Shown here: in pieces, positions 1 through 10,553 of the stretch
Position numbering within the stretch: position 1 is the first letter of the stretch
Layout: the number at the start of each line of letters is the position of its first letter
From: Bdellovibrionales bacterium
Lineage (GTDB): Bacteria; Bdellovibrionota; Bdellovibrionia; Bdellovibrionales; UBA1609
DNA length: 64,000 nucleotides
Direction: 5' to 3'
NCBI GenBank assembly: GCA_965261545.1
Contig: CBDHDF010000006.1
Location: forward strand, 192,001 to 256,000
Program-made: the position numbers and the translations under genes
The notes under the pieces: generated by a model
Database searches by the model: none
What the model saw: only the letters and a program-made list of their open reading frames with translations
Told to the model about the DNA's origin: nothing

Positions 1-1452
1 ATCGAAGAGACTTTCATTTTGGGTCCCTTGCTGATTTTACAAAAGTTGTTTGATCAACTGGGTATCAATAAGACCCTCAAAGACATAAAAGATTCTCATG
101 AGAAAGTTCAATTTGATTTATGTAAGGTGATTTTTACCTTAGTTGCCATCCGATTTATTGCTCCTAGTTCCAAGTTAAAGGTTTTTGAGTATTGGCAAAA
201 ATCTTTTTACCCAGACATGATTAAGGGTGATTTGAGTCTCCAGCATATTTATCGGTCTATGGACTTACTTGCCTCCCATAAGGATGAAATAGAGAACTCG
301 CTTTATTGGGTGGGGCGAGATTTATTTAATTTCCAAGTAGACATTGTGTTGTATGATTTAACAACCTTACGCTTCGAGAGTACAAGAACAGACTTAGGGA
401 AACTTCGTCAATTTGGCTATAGTAAAGAGAGACGATCAGACTGCACCCAAGTTGTCTTTGGTTTGTTGGTGAATCGGGATGGCATCCCTTTAGGTTTTGA
501 GGTTTTCCCTGGTAATACTTTTGAAGGCAAGACGCTTTCAGATATTGTTGATAAAATGAGAAAAAAGTTTAATGTACGCCGTTTCATTTTTGTGGCTGAT
601 AGGGGGCTTTTATCAAAGGCTAATACTGACAAACTCAGTGAGGATCAAAGCGAGTTTATTGTTGGTATGAAGCTTGGATCTTTAAAAAAAGAAAAGAAAC
701 AAGAGGTCTATGATTTAAATCGTTTTAGCTGGGTATATGAGAATGAGCTTGCTGTTTACGAAACAGACCATGGGGGGCATAGATGTATTGTGACTTGGTC
801 TAGGAAAAGAGCAGAGAGGGATAAAAAATCTAGAGAATCCCTTCTTGAAAAGATCGAAGGAAAACTATCTTCTAAAGGTGTTCAGTCTAGTACTTTTGTT
901 TCCAATAAAGGTTATAAGAAATATGTAAAGATGGCTGACGACAAAAATAAAAAACCTGAATTAAATGCAGAACAAATAGAATTAGATGAAAAAATTGATG
1001 GTTTTTTTGCCGTCCTTACAAATGTCAAAGACTTGACGGCAGATGAGATTATTATCAACTACAAAGAATTGTGGAAAATTGAAGATGCTTTTGGTGAGTT
1101 AAAAGGGACTTTGAAAACACGTCCTGTTTTCCATTGGACAGACCAGAGGATTATTGGACATTTAACTCTATGCTTTTTAACTTATCTTTGTGAGGCCCAC
1201 CTTACAAAATGTTTAAGAGATAAGAAGATGAACCTAAAAAGCCCAGCCATAGGCATTGGTCATGTTAAAGAGCGACCTTTAACTGTTGTAGAGGCCATGA
1301 GGGAACTCAAGGAAGTTAGGGCTATCCCTGTTAAAATTCGTGATCAAGTCATTTGGACCCGCACAGATATCACTGGCAATGCCAACTCCTTATTTAAAGC
1401 CGCAGGCGTCCCCATCCCTCCCAGAATCCTTAATGCCCACAAGTGTGGATAA
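1..1452 (+). CDS. IS1634-family DDE transposase (5' end outside window)
   Basis: Frame open from base 1; motifs YDLTTLRFE, FGYSKERRSD..QVVFGL, FPGNTFE, FVADRG, YKELWKIEDAF..LK..L.TRPVFHW. Confidence 0.9.
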   Translation: MEETFILGPLLILQKLFDQLGINKTLKDIKDSHEKVQFDLCKVIFTLVAIRFIAPSSKLKVFEYWQKSFYPDMIKGDLSLQHIYRSMDLLASHKDEIENSLYWVGRDLFNFQVDIVLYDLTTLRFESTRTDLGKLRQFGYSKERRSDCTQVVFGLLVNRDGIPLGFEVFPGNTFEGKTLSDIVDKMRKKFNVRRFIFVADRGLLSKANTDKLSEDQSEFIVGMKLGSLKKEKKQEVYDLNRFSWVYENELAVYETDHGGHRCIVTWSRKRAERDKKSRESLLEKIEGKLSSKGVQSSTFVSNKGYKKYVKMADDKNKKPELNAEQIELDEKIDGFFAVLTNVKDLTADEIIINYKELWKIEDAFGELKGTLKTRPVFHWTDQRIIGHLTLCFLTYLCEAHLTKCLRDKKMNLKSPAIGIGHVKERPLTVVEAMRELKEVRAIPVKIRDQVIWTRTDITGNANSLFKAAGVPIPPRILNAHKCG

Positions 1453-1523
1453 ACAAAATACAACTATATGCGTTAATCCTTTAATATCATTCGTTTGACG
1501 CAGATGCTGCTGTCAAACTCGGG
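1..1523 (+). mobile_element. IS1634-family element, right end at ...TGTCAAACTCGGG (1511-1523)
   Basis: A different transposase frame begins abruptly at 1524; left end not in window so TIR/TSD cannot be confirmed. Confidence 0.7.
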
Positions 1524-2591
1524 AATTACGCTCACTCCACCTTACAGGACTTGATTGTTCAAATAAGTGAAGAAACTTGGGGAATTATTAGCGCCTCTTT
1601 AGTTTCAGATGCAAGAGATCAAAAGATTGAGCCGTGTAAGAAAATGAGATTGGACAGTACAGTGACGAAATCAAATATTCATCATCCAACGGATGCATCG
1701 CTTTTATATGACTGCATAAGAGTTACAGAAAGAGAATTTAAAAAAGTTCGTAAAAATGTCATGAAAGATTTTTGGCGACTTATTTCAAGAGAAGATCTTA
1801 AGAGAGCAAAAACCTTGCTTTACAAAATTAATAATTCCAAAAATGATGCGGAAAGACTACCTTGCTATAAGGAGCTTTTAAAAATCGCTACCAAATTGAA
1901 CAAAGGATTACCTGATACCATCAGAAAGATAAAAAAAGAACAAAAATGTGTGAAGATGAATGCTTTGAAAAAGAGTCTAAAACAGTTAGAAAATGTTGCC
2001 TTCTACCTGGAAAAAATCATCTTTCAAACTCAAAAAAGAGTTATTGAGGGGAAAAAAGTATCTTCTGAAAAAAAGGTCCTATCCATCTTTGAACCGCATA
2101 CAGACATTATTGTAAAGGGGCAAAGAGAAGTCGAGTTTGGGCATAAAATCTTTCTGACCTCAGGGCAAAGCAACATGATTTTAGATTGTCAGATCCCTGA
2201 TGGCAACCCCGCAGACTCTGATATGTTTTTAAAAGTTATGAATTCAGTGACACAAACCTATGGGGCTTGCCCTGTAAAAGTAAGTGCAGATGGTGGGTTT
2301 GCTTCAAAAGAAAATCTTGAAGAGGCCAAAGAGATGGGGGCTAAAGATGTTTGCTTCCCAGAAAAAAAAGGAATGAAAATATTAAAGATGGTTAAAAGTG
2401 CTTGGGTCTTTAAAAATCTTCTCAATTGGAGAGCCGGAATAGAGGCTGTTATTTCATTCCTTAAGAGATGTTTTGGTATGAGAGTTGCTTACTGGAAAGG
2501 GCATGATGGTTTTAAGAGGTATGTAAAGAATGCCGTTTGTGCCTATAATTTTGTTGTCTTGGCAAGACATGAATTATCAACTGTCACCTAA
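1524..2591 (+). pseudogene. ISNCY/IS5-like transposase, 5'-truncated by the IS1634 insertion
   Basis: Frame reads NYAHSTLQDLIVQISEETW from 1524; motifs RLDSTVTKSNIHHPTDASLL, EKKVLSIFEPHTDIIVKG, SADGGFAS, WRAGIEAVISFLKRCFG. Confidence 0.85.
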
Positions 2592-2824
2592 ATTTATCCA
2601 TTAGGAATAACAGCAATGGACCAGGTCGAAGGTGCTAAAATCTTCCAAAGGTAGGGGTGCGTCTTCAAATCGAAAAAACTAGGGCGCAAGTCGCTTAAAG
2701 ACCTTTTTCCCCTTAATCTGTAGAGTTTGTGTGGCAAATCTCCAACTCTCACTCCCCCATTGAGGCATTGGGAGGCTCAATGGGGAGTGTCAGAGAACAA
2801 AAAATGGGCCTTTCTGGACAGAAA

Positions 2825-3925
2825 CTAGCTATAGTCGTTAAAGTAGTCAATATACTCAGGAGTCCATGGCTCAAAGGTGCCCTCGATATAAATTCTCTTG
2901 TGTTCCCCCACCATGGCCTTTTTGGGCTCTAGGGAGGGGGTAAATCCCAAATGTAGAAGCCCTTGGTCTTGAAGGGAGGGGATGAGTTTCTGTATACTTT
3001 GCTTTCCAAGAACTTGGCGTCGAATGAGATCATCCAGGCTGGATTCAAGCTCGTCCGTGGTAAAATCAAAATGGGTTGTTAGGTTTTTAGCCACTTTTAT
3101 GATGTCTTCAGATGTGAGACGGCCATCTTGGAATAGATCTAGTGCCGTTTGAAAACTATTGTAGATGGGGAGGCAGCGTCGACCAAATTTTATATAATAC
3201 TCAGCATCTGTGTCGTCGGCGAGGTTGATATATATTTTTGCAACGGGGTCATTTTCAGGAATTTGCTCTTGTATTTCTAAGATGGTGTTGATTTGAGAGC
3301 CTGTCACTTTGAAGCGTTTGAGTGTTTTGACCAGGTTGGCTTGGTCGAGCCTTCTTGTGCAAATATCTGAATATAAGCAGTAAATAAAAACATCGGACTC
3401 ACTGTCGTCCCCCCACATAATACATTGAACCTCTTGGTGAAGCTGCATTCTTAGCTGTAAGAGAGCTTGTAGTTTATATCCCACTTGTTGGGTGAGGCGC
3501 CAAAGCCTTGTGGGCTTTAGGTTTCTAAGGTTGTCTTTGCAGAAGAGGCCCTTGGGAGAGATTCCATCGAGATTGAGTTTTCTTATAATCTTGCTCTCAA
3601 GTTGTGGTGGAGAGGCTGTGATAAAAAAGATGGGAAAGGGGCTTGGGCCCATGCGAGCATGCCAATAGCTTTTGAGACAGGCGCATAAAACAGATGTTCC
3701 CGGGATATTTTCTTTCTGAAAGGCTTTTTCAAAGGCGGTTTTAAAGAAATCTTTGATGCTTTCAACCTTTGTGTCGAGATAGGTCTTGTCCAAGTCCCAA
3801 AGATAGGCTTCTCGATCTTTTTCCTGGTTTGTGGAGACATTCGTTGAGGCATTTGTTGAGGAAGTGGAACCAGGGAAGTAAACCACATCTTCATGTATTT
3901 CAGCTCTTTGACGCCAGTCTGTCAT
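2825..3925 (-). CDS. HAD-like phosphatase-domain protein (App1/phosphatidate phosphatase-like)
   Basis: WDLDKTYLDT (DxD), FITASP, WGDDSESD motifs; likely start MTDWRQR at 3925. Confidence 0.65.
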   Translation of the reverse strand: MTDWRQRAEIHEDVVYFPGSTSSTNASTNVSTNQEKDREAYLWDLDKTYLDTKVESIKDFFKTAFEKAFQKENIPGTSVLCACLKSYWHARMGPSPFPIFFITASPPQLESKIIRKLNLDGISPKGLFCKDNLRNLKPTRLWRLTQQVGYKLQALLQLRMQLHQEVQCIMWGDDSESDVFIYCLYSDICTRRLDQANLVKTLKRFKVTGSQINTILEIQEQIPENDPVAKIYINLADDTDAEYYIKFGRRCLPIYNSFQTALDLFQDGRLTSEDIIKVAKNLTTHFDFTTDELESSLDDLIRRQVLGKQSIQKLIPSLQDQGLLHLGFTPSLEPKKAMVGEHKRIYIEGTFEPWTPEYIDYFNDYS

Positions 3926-4063
3926 GGTTTCTATTATACACTGAGTGAGTCCATGGGGGCGAATTATAATGTGTTGCATCTTCTTCATGTTCTGAGGGGG
4001 GGGCTTGACTGTGCTGGAGAGTGTGGGCTAGGTGGGAGAATGGTGGCTAGGGTGAAGGAGTGC

Positions 4064-4945
4064 ATGAATTTTGTTGAAATAAATCATTGTCGGAGAGATT
4101 TGAACTTTTTGCCAAAGCAGCCTTGGCCGGAAGCCCTCCCTCCTATTTGTTGGAGGGGTTGGCTTTTGTCTGGCTTTGAGTCGCCCATGGAAAAGGCTCT
4201 AGAACTGACGGGGCCCCCTTTTCACCAAGCCTTTCAATCCTGTTATTTGAGCCTTAGTTTTTCCGAGTTGGCAAGGCTTTACGGGAAGGCCAGAGAATTT
4301 TTGCCCCCCGAATCTTTCTGCGGGGAGAAACTTTTGGGAGATTATGGCTTTAAAAGCTCTGAAAATACCTTCCAAACAATGATTCAGTTGGTTCAAGCGC
4401 CCATGGCTTTTCAGGAGTGGTGCCAGGAAAAACAGGTGGCTCCCAAGGACCTTGGAATTTTGCGCAGTTTGTCTTTTCCCCTTGAGCCTCCCATGGAGGA
4501 GCTTTTTGACAATATTGCTCATCTTCAAGCCTCCAAATCTTTGGGTGTTTCCATTCTTCAGTTGATCTGTGAACTTTATCTTATGGAATACGATATGGGT
4601 GCTCCTAAAGAACTTCTCTTTCCGCCACCCCCTCCAGCCCTTCCATCTCGATGTGACGCATCTTCAGGTCATGCCCCTTCAGGTCACTCGTTTTCACAGA
4701 AATGGTATGAACTTTTAGTTTCTCGCCGCTTTCCACGGGCGACTGAGCAGGGGCAGAGGCGAGCCCAAAAATTGAAAGAATTGCCATGGCCTGGGGGGAG
4801 TGAGGTGAAGGAAGCTCGGTGGGGAGACCTCTCTGGTGTTGAGATTAAATTGCGAATTGGCTCACAAAAAGATTTTAAAAAGTACCTCCATGGCCTTCAG
4901 CATGTCTATGAACTTCTCGAAAAGCAAAGCCATCGGTTGTGGTAG
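4064..4945 (+). CDS. Hypothetical protein
   Basis: Long ORF, AAGGAG RBS before ATG 4064, overlaps tsaE start. Confidence 0.6.
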   Translation: MNFVEINHCRRDLNFLPKQPWPEALPPICWRGWLLSGFESPMEKALELTGPPFHQAFQSCYLSLSFSELARLYGKAREFLPPESFCGEKLLGDYGFKSSENTFQTMIQLVQAPMAFQEWCQEKQVAPKDLGILRSLSFPLEPPMEELFDNIAHLQASKSLGVSILQLICELYLMEYDMGAPKELLFPPPPPALPSRCDASSGHAPSGHSFSQKWYELLVSRRFPRATEQGQRRAQKLKELPWPGGSEVKEARWGDLSGVEIKLRIGSQKDFKKYLHGLQHVYELLEKQSHRLW

Positions 4946-5592
4946 GAGAGGGCGTGGTGGTGACGTGTGGCATTCATGGGATCAAGAACCAGAGTGTGCA
5001 TATAAAAAATCTCAAAGAATTAAAGAGTTGGATTTGCTCCTTGGTCTGTGCCTTGGGTTCTCGGTGGGGTGAAAATTCAAGGGTCTGCATTTTATTAATA
5101 GGACCCATGGGGGTTGGCAAGACTCAGTTTGTAAAGTACTTTGTAGGAGCCCTTGGGGGAGAGAGAGAGGACTCTGGTGGCGAAGGGGTTTGCTCACCCA
5201 CATTTGCGATACATAACTCCTACCTAGTCAAGGTGAATGGCACCAAGGAGCAGAGCACCAAGGTCAGTGGTACCAAGGCAAGCGATGAGTCTTCTTGTTC
5301 TGCCTCGGCAATGTCCGCTCCAGAAATTTCTGTCAAAGAAGTTCCGGCCCCGGAATCTTCTATTCCAGAAATTTCCGTGGATCACATTGATTTATACCGC
5401 CTTGAAGATGAAGATGACCTGGAGTCCACAGGATTTTGGGATATCTTTGAGAAAAAGCAGGGCTATATTATGGTTGAGTGGGCGGATCGTATCGAAGAGT
5501 CCTTTTTACCAGGCCACTGGGACATGATTCGTATTTCTATGGCTGTCCATGGTGATGGAGGGCGAACTTTATTAGTGACTGCTCATCGCTGA
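4939..5592 (+). CDS. tsaE: tRNA threonylcarbamoyladenosine biosynthesis ATPase TsaE, with an internal low-complexity insertion
   Basis: GPMGVGKT Walker A, SPTFAI, HIDLYRL, VEWAD. Confidence 0.9.
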   Translation: MVGEGVVVTCGIHGIKNQSVHIKNLKELKSWICSLVCALGSRWGENSRVCILLIGPMGVGKTQFVKYFVGALGGEREDSGGEGVCSPTFAIHNSYLVKVNGTKEQSTKVSGTKASDESSCSASAMSAPEISVKEVPAPESSIPEISVDHIDLYRLEDEDDLESTGFWDIFEKKQGYIMVEWADRIEESFLPGHWDMIRISMAVHGDGGRTLLVTAHR

Positions 5593-5658
5593 GTGAGATG
5601 ACTGCTATGAACATTTTTATTTTCCAATATTAAAGTTAAAGGATGAGGCTTTAATGTT

Positions 5659-6561
5659 ATGATGGCACACAAAAAAAAAATAAATTGCCCAGTTTGTAAT
5701 TCGCAGCATTATAATTTGTTTTTATCGTCATGGGTGGATGAAAGTGATCCGTCGAAATTATATGGCGCAGCTTCAGGTGTTCAGGGGACGCAAGATCTTG
5801 TCATTTGCTCTTGTTGTAAGTTTATCTATGAAAATCCGCGTTATGATGAGTCGATCATTGTAAGTGGTTACATGCAATCAAATGAGTCTGTTCATGATAG
5901 TCAGTATGCCATGCGGGTTAAGAGTTTTTATAAAGCACTTTTGAAACATGCTGATTATTTGCCTAAACCTGGAGCGCATGTTCTTGATATTGGTACGGCT
6001 GGGGGAGCCTTCCTTGAGGCTGCGGCAGAGTTTGGCTATGATGCTTACGGTATGGAGCCTTCTGCGCATTTGGTGGAACTGGGCAAGGTACGTGGTTTGA
6101 AAATTAAGCAAGGAACCATAGATGATCATACTTTTGAGCGGGAGAGCTTTGATCTCATTTGTTTATGGGATGTCATTGAACATCTTGTTGATCCAAAGTT
6201 GGCTCTTAAGGAAATACACAAGCTTCTCAAGCCAAAAGGTGTTTTATTGATCAATTATCCTGATATAGGCACATGGCAGGCAAAATTGGCTGGCAAGCAT
6301 TTTTGGTGGATTTTGTCTGTCCATTTGCATCATTTCACTCGAAGAAGTATTACGGATATTTGTGAGCGCACTGGATTTAAAGTTTTTAGTCTTAGACGAT
6401 ACTGGCAAATCCTTGAGTTTGGATATCTTGAAGATATGGCGGCTCATCTTGGAATACCCTTAGCAAAAACCATTGCCAAGCTAACTCCGAATATTATTCG
6501 TCGTATTCCTATTCCGTATTATGCAAGCCAGACAACAGCTTTGGCATGGAGAACATCGTAA
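5659..6561 (+). CDS. Class I SAM-dependent methyltransferase with N-terminal Cys cluster
   Basis: CPVC..CSCC; VLDIGTAGGAFL; DLICLWDVIEHL. Confidence 0.85.
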   Translation: MMAHKKKINCPVCNSQHYNLFLSSWVDESDPSKLYGAASGVQGTQDLVICSCCKFIYENPRYDESIIVSGYMQSNESVHDSQYAMRVKSFYKALLKHADYLPKPGAHVLDIGTAGGAFLEAAAEFGYDAYGMEPSAHLVELGKVRGLKIKQGTIDDHTFERESFDLICLWDVIEHLVDPKLALKEIHKLLKPKGVLLINYPDIGTWQAKLAGKHFWWILSVHLHHFTRRSITDICERTGFKVFSLRRYWQILEFGYLEDMAAHLGIPLAKTIAKLTPNIIRRIPIPYYASQTTALAWRTS

Positions 6562-6562
6562 A

Positions 6563-7966
6563 ATGACAACTTATATCCTAGGTGCTGGTCCAACGGGGTT
6601 GGCCATTGCAGATGGTATTGTGGATTCTAAATGTGGGGATTTTGTCCTGATCGAACGCAACCACATTTTGGGAGGTTTGGCGCAAACAGTTGTTTGGGAT
6701 TCTATAGGGTCTCATGATTTAGGGCCACACAAGATTTTTTCCAAAGATGAATCTTTAGTAAATAGGGTCGAAAATCTTTTGTCTGAAGATGAATGGCTTA
6801 GGAGGGACAAAATCAGCTCTATTTATATGAATGGGTACTATCTTCTTTATCCACCTTCTCCATTTTCATTGGCGAATGTTTTTGGCTTATCAACATTTGT
6901 CCACATGATTATCGGTTATGGTTTATCAATTTTACGCAGTTTATTTTCGAATAAACAGCCAAAAACATTTGAAGAAGACTTGATAGGGCGTTTGGGTACT
7001 CCCCTTTATGATGTATTATTTAAACCAATTGCTTTGAAGCTTTGGGGAGATCCACAACAGCTTGATGTGAAATTATCTCAAGGGCGCATTCAAACTCCTT
7101 CGATTTTTGAAATCATAGGACGCTTATTAAAGATAAAAAAAAACAGTGAGTTTGAAGCGCTTGATTTCCGTTACCCCAAGGGTGGTCTCGGTAAGCTTTG
7201 GGATGCCATTGCCGAAAAAAGCAAGGGTAAGGGCGAAATACGAACGGGAAAGGCGGTTACAGGATTAAAGGTGGAAAATAAGCGAGTGACATCCATAGTG
7301 CTTGATGGTGGCGACGTCATTTATGTGAACAAGGGTGACATGGTGGTATCTAGTTTACCCTTGGGACTTAGCCTCAGACTTATGGGGGATGCTGTTCCAG
7401 CACCCATATTGCAACTTTCCAATGATATTATCCAGCTCAATGACCTTTTATTGGTATTTTTACATGTGGATTGCGATAGTCTCTTAAAAGAGTCATGGGT
7501 TTTTGTGCCGGACCCCAATATTGCTTTCCATCGTTTGAGCGAACAGGAATCTTTTGACCCTAAAATGACGCCTAGCGGCGGTATTGTTTGCTGTGAAATC
7601 ATGAGTTCAAAAGTGCGTAATTTTACCTCAAAAACAGACGAGTCATTGGTTGACGACGCCACACAGGGGCTGGCAGTTATGGGTTATAAGGGCTTCAGTG
7701 TTTTGAACAGCAAAGTCGTGCGCTTGCCGAAAAGTTATCCCGTTTTCCGTACGGGTTACAAAGAAGGGTTGATTGAGATTCTGAACTTTTCTGATCAGTT
7801 TGATAATTTCCGGACTCTTGGTCGCCAAGGGGCTTTTAACTACATTGGTACACTTGATGCTATGGATATTGGTTATGGTTTTGCGCAGTGGCTACAGGAA
7901 GGGGCTCAAGCTCATCGGTGGCAAAAAGAGAGGAAGCGCACAAGTAGTTATCCTGTATTGGATTGA
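6563..7966 (+). CDS. FAD-dependent oxidoreductase (UDP-galactopyranose mutase/HemY-like)
   Basis: ILGAGPTGL, GGLA, GPHKIF, FRYPKGG, GRQGAFNY. Confidence 0.8.
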   Translation: MTTYILGAGPTGLAIADGIVDSKCGDFVLIERNHILGGLAQTVVWDSIGSHDLGPHKIFSKDESLVNRVENLLSEDEWLRRDKISSIYMNGYYLLYPPSPFSLANVFGLSTFVHMIIGYGLSILRSLFSNKQPKTFEEDLIGRLGTPLYDVLFKPIALKLWGDPQQLDVKLSQGRIQTPSIFEIIGRLLKIKKNSEFEALDFRYPKGGLGKLWDAIAEKSKGKGEIRTGKAVTGLKVENKRVTSIVLDGGDVIYVNKGDMVVSSLPLGLSLRLMGDAVPAPILQLSNDIIQLNDLLLVFLHVDCDSLLKESWVFVPDPNIAFHRLSEQESFDPKMTPSGGIVCCEIMSSKVRNFTSKTDESLVDDATQGLAVMGYKGFSVLNSKVVRLPKSYPVFRTGYKEGLIEILNFSDQFDNFRTLGRQGAFNYIGTLDAMDIGYGFAQWLQEGAQAHRWQKERKRTSSYPVLD

Positions 7967-7971
7967 GGAGT

Positions 7972-9462
7972 ATGAAACTTACTTTAATTTCACCGCGAAT
8001 AGCCATTCAGAAAGGTGATTTTCTAGGCTCAGGGGTACCTTACTGGCCGTTGGAACTTGCAACATTGGCTGCTTTTGCCCAAGGTCAAGGCGATGAAATA
8101 GCCTTTCTTGATTTATTTGGAAATAATATTGAGCGGTTTGAAGATGTGGGTGACTATTATCTCCAAGGTAATCCCATAAGCCATTATATACATACATCAG
8201 ATGTACGGGAAGCCCATGGCTTTATTCTTTATGCAATCTCTTATATGTCTCATCAGGAGTTGCTCTCGATGGTTCGGCAGTTGAAGCATGCTTATCCAGA
8301 CAAAGCGGTAGCAATTCTAGAAAATTCCCAAGCTGTAACGGCCTATTCGCTTTCGCACATGGCAAAGACATTTTTTGAAGTAGGCGCAGATGGGCTTATT
8401 TGTGGTGAGGCTTATTTCAATTGGGATGAAATTAAGAAAATGCTTCAAGGATCGCCATTTCTTGCACCCAATGTTATTACGCCGTCAAGCCATACCAAGG
8501 TCAAGGTTCAGCGGCTGCTACAGCCAGGGTTTCGCTATCCTATACCAGATTGGGGGCTCGTTAATTTCAAAAACTATTGGCGTCTTCCTTATTCACATGG
8601 ACCCAAAACGTCAACATTTTTCCCAATGTTGACGTCTCGTGGATGTCCCTATCCATGCGATTTTTGTGTTGTACCAGAAACCAATAATCGTCGCTGGCGA
8701 GGGAATGCACCAGAAGATGTTGTGTCTGAAATGTTTTATCTACGCGACACCTATGGTGTGCATGATTTTCAGATTGAGGACCTAAATCCTACTGTACAGC
8801 ATGCCCGTTGGGAAAAAATCAGTGAATTGTTAATTGAAAAACAAGCCAATATTTGTTTTTATTTTGTGAGTGGCACAAAGGCTGAAACAGTACATATTGA
8901 TAAAGTGGAATTGCTGGCTCGTGGAGGTTGTCGATACATATCTATCAGCCCAGAGTCGGGCAGTGCTGATTTGATGAAAAAGATAGGTAAAAGGTTTAAT
9001 TATGATCATGGTTTAAATCTTATTCGCACATGCCATCGACATTCTATTCGCATACAGGCATGTTTACTTGTTGGGCACCCTAATGAAGAAAATGATGATT
9101 TTTTCGCTACCCGCAGTTATCTCAAACAGATGGTGCGCGCTGGATTAGATGAGGTTGCAGTTTTTATTGTATCTCCATTTGCAGGAAGCAAACTCTTTGC
9201 ACGTGGTGCAATTCATTTTGAGAATACATCTGCGCTTACGAGTTTCTCGCCAAAGGGGCGCTCCAATTATAAGGAGCTTGAGAAAAAGCGTAAGTTACTC
9301 ATCAGGAGCTTCTTTGTCGAGAAGCTAAAAAAGGGTCTTTCCTTGTGGGGGCAAGGGTATCGTTCATTATTTAGTATTCCACAAACAAAAATGGAAAATT
9401 TGCCTAAGCGTGTCCTTTTCATTTTGCGTTGTGTGCGAAGAGAAACTAATGATTCATCATAA
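7972..9462 (+). CDS. B12-binding-domain radical SAM enzyme
   Basis: TSRGCPYPCDFC (CxxxCxxC); N-terminal PLELATLAA/GEA cobalamin-binding-type region. Confidence 0.85.
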   Translation: MKLTLISPRIAIQKGDFLGSGVPYWPLELATLAAFAQGQGDEIAFLDLFGNNIERFEDVGDYYLQGNPISHYIHTSDVREAHGFILYAISYMSHQELLSMVRQLKHAYPDKAVAILENSQAVTAYSLSHMAKTFFEVGADGLICGEAYFNWDEIKKMLQGSPFLAPNVITPSSHTKVKVQRLLQPGFRYPIPDWGLVNFKNYWRLPYSHGPKTSTFFPMLTSRGCPYPCDFCVVPETNNRRWRGNAPEDVVSEMFYLRDTYGVHDFQIEDLNPTVQHARWEKISELLIEKQANICFYFVSGTKAETVHIDKVELLARGGCRYISISPESGSADLMKKIGKRFNYDHGLNLIRTCHRHSIRIQACLLVGHPNEENDDFFATRSYLKQMVRAGLDEVAVFIVSPFAGSKLFARGAIHFENTSALTSFSPKGRSNYKELEKKRKLLIRSFFVEKLKKGLSLWGQGYRSLFSIPQTKMENLPKRVLFILRCVRRETNDSS

Positions 9463-10162
9463 GAAGCGTATTCTACTCATTGTTCCCTGTTATAATGAGG
9501 AGAAGAATATTCAAAAGGTTTTAGAGGAGATTCGAGGGCTTGGAGAAGGTTACGATATCATTGTTATTGATGATGGCTCCCATGACAGTACGTCTAAAAT
9601 AGCCAGTGCATATGCGCCCGTTGTGCAGTTGTTGGATAATCTTGGTATAGGTGGAGCTGTTCAGACCGGTATAAAATACGCTTATCAAAATGATTATGAT
9701 TTTTGTGTTCAAATTGATGGAGATGGTCAGCATTTGCCTTGTGAGGTGGTGAAGCTTATCAAGCACCAACAGGAAACCGATCAAGCCATTATCATTGGCA
9801 GTCGCTATATAGATAATGCATCATTTCAATCGAGTTGGGCACGACGTTTTGGTAGTAGAATCATTGCCTGGGAATTGAACCGATTTTTTTCCAATTGTCA
9901 TATTACTGATCCAACCAGTGGCATGCGTTTGATGAACCGTGAGGCAATACAGTTTTTCTTTAATCAATACCCTTATGACTTTCCGGAGCCTATTTCATTG
10001 GCTTGGGCACTAAAGCGTGGGATAAGTGTTGGAGAAATTAGCGTGAAGATGCGCAGCCGAAAGTACGGGATGAGTTCTATATCGACATTTCAATCCTTTT
10101 CTTATATGTTTCGTGTGTTGTCTTATATTTTAGTATGTAAATTCACTAAAGGCATTAAGTGA
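9449..10162 (+). CDS. GT2 glycosyltransferase (polyprenol-phosphate sugar synthase-like)
   Basis: VPCYNEE, IDDGSHDST, QIDGDGQH, DPTSGMR. Confidence 0.9.
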   Translation: MIHHKKRILLIVPCYNEEKNIQKVLEEIRGLGEGYDIIVIDDGSHDSTSKIASAYAPVVQLLDNLGIGGAVQTGIKYAYQNDYDFCVQIDGDGQHLPCEVVKLIKHQQETDQAIIIGSRYIDNASFQSSWARRFGSRIIAWELNRFFSNCHITDPTSGMRLMNREAIQFFFNQYPYDFPEPISLAWALKRGISVGEISVKMRSRKYGMSSISTFQSFSYMFRVLSYILVCKFTKGIK

Positions 10163-10166
10163 GGTA

Positions 10167-10553
10167 TTGATGGGACATTCAGATAATATCGAAACAATTT
10201 TGATTATTCTTTCGTTTTCAATATGGTATACTTGGCACCTTTTACACAAGACTTCTTGCCTAAAATTAGACATGTATGATTTTTCTATGCTATCGTCGGT
10301 GAGTATCATTCCCTTATCCTTTGTAGTTTTTCCAACCTTTTGGCAGTCTATATCGGATATATTAGGTATTGGATTCCCCTTTATTTTGTTATTTGGGATG
10401 ATGATAGCAATTATTTTTATTTTTATTCACAGACTTACTGTCAGACTGCACCATATGAGTCATAAATATACCCTTTTGATACAGGAAGTCAGTCTTTTAA
10501 AGAAAAAACCTTCTTTAATAAGGACGGAGCATGAAATCAATTCATGTGAGTAG
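10167..10553 (+). CDS. DUF2304-like small membrane protein
   Basis: Three hydrophobic segments, C-terminal LIQEVSLL; usual partner downstream of this GT2 type. Confidence 0.65.
   Translation: MMGHSDNIETILIILSFSIWYTWHLLHKTSCLKLDMYDFSMLSSVSIIPLSFVVFPTFWQSISDILGIGFPFILLFGMMIAIIFIFIHRLTVRLHHMSHKYTLLIQEVSLLKKKPSLIRTEHEINSCE

Noticed and set aside
2729..2932. 67-aa ORF
   Set aside because: Straddles the IS end and runs antisense to the phosphatase gene
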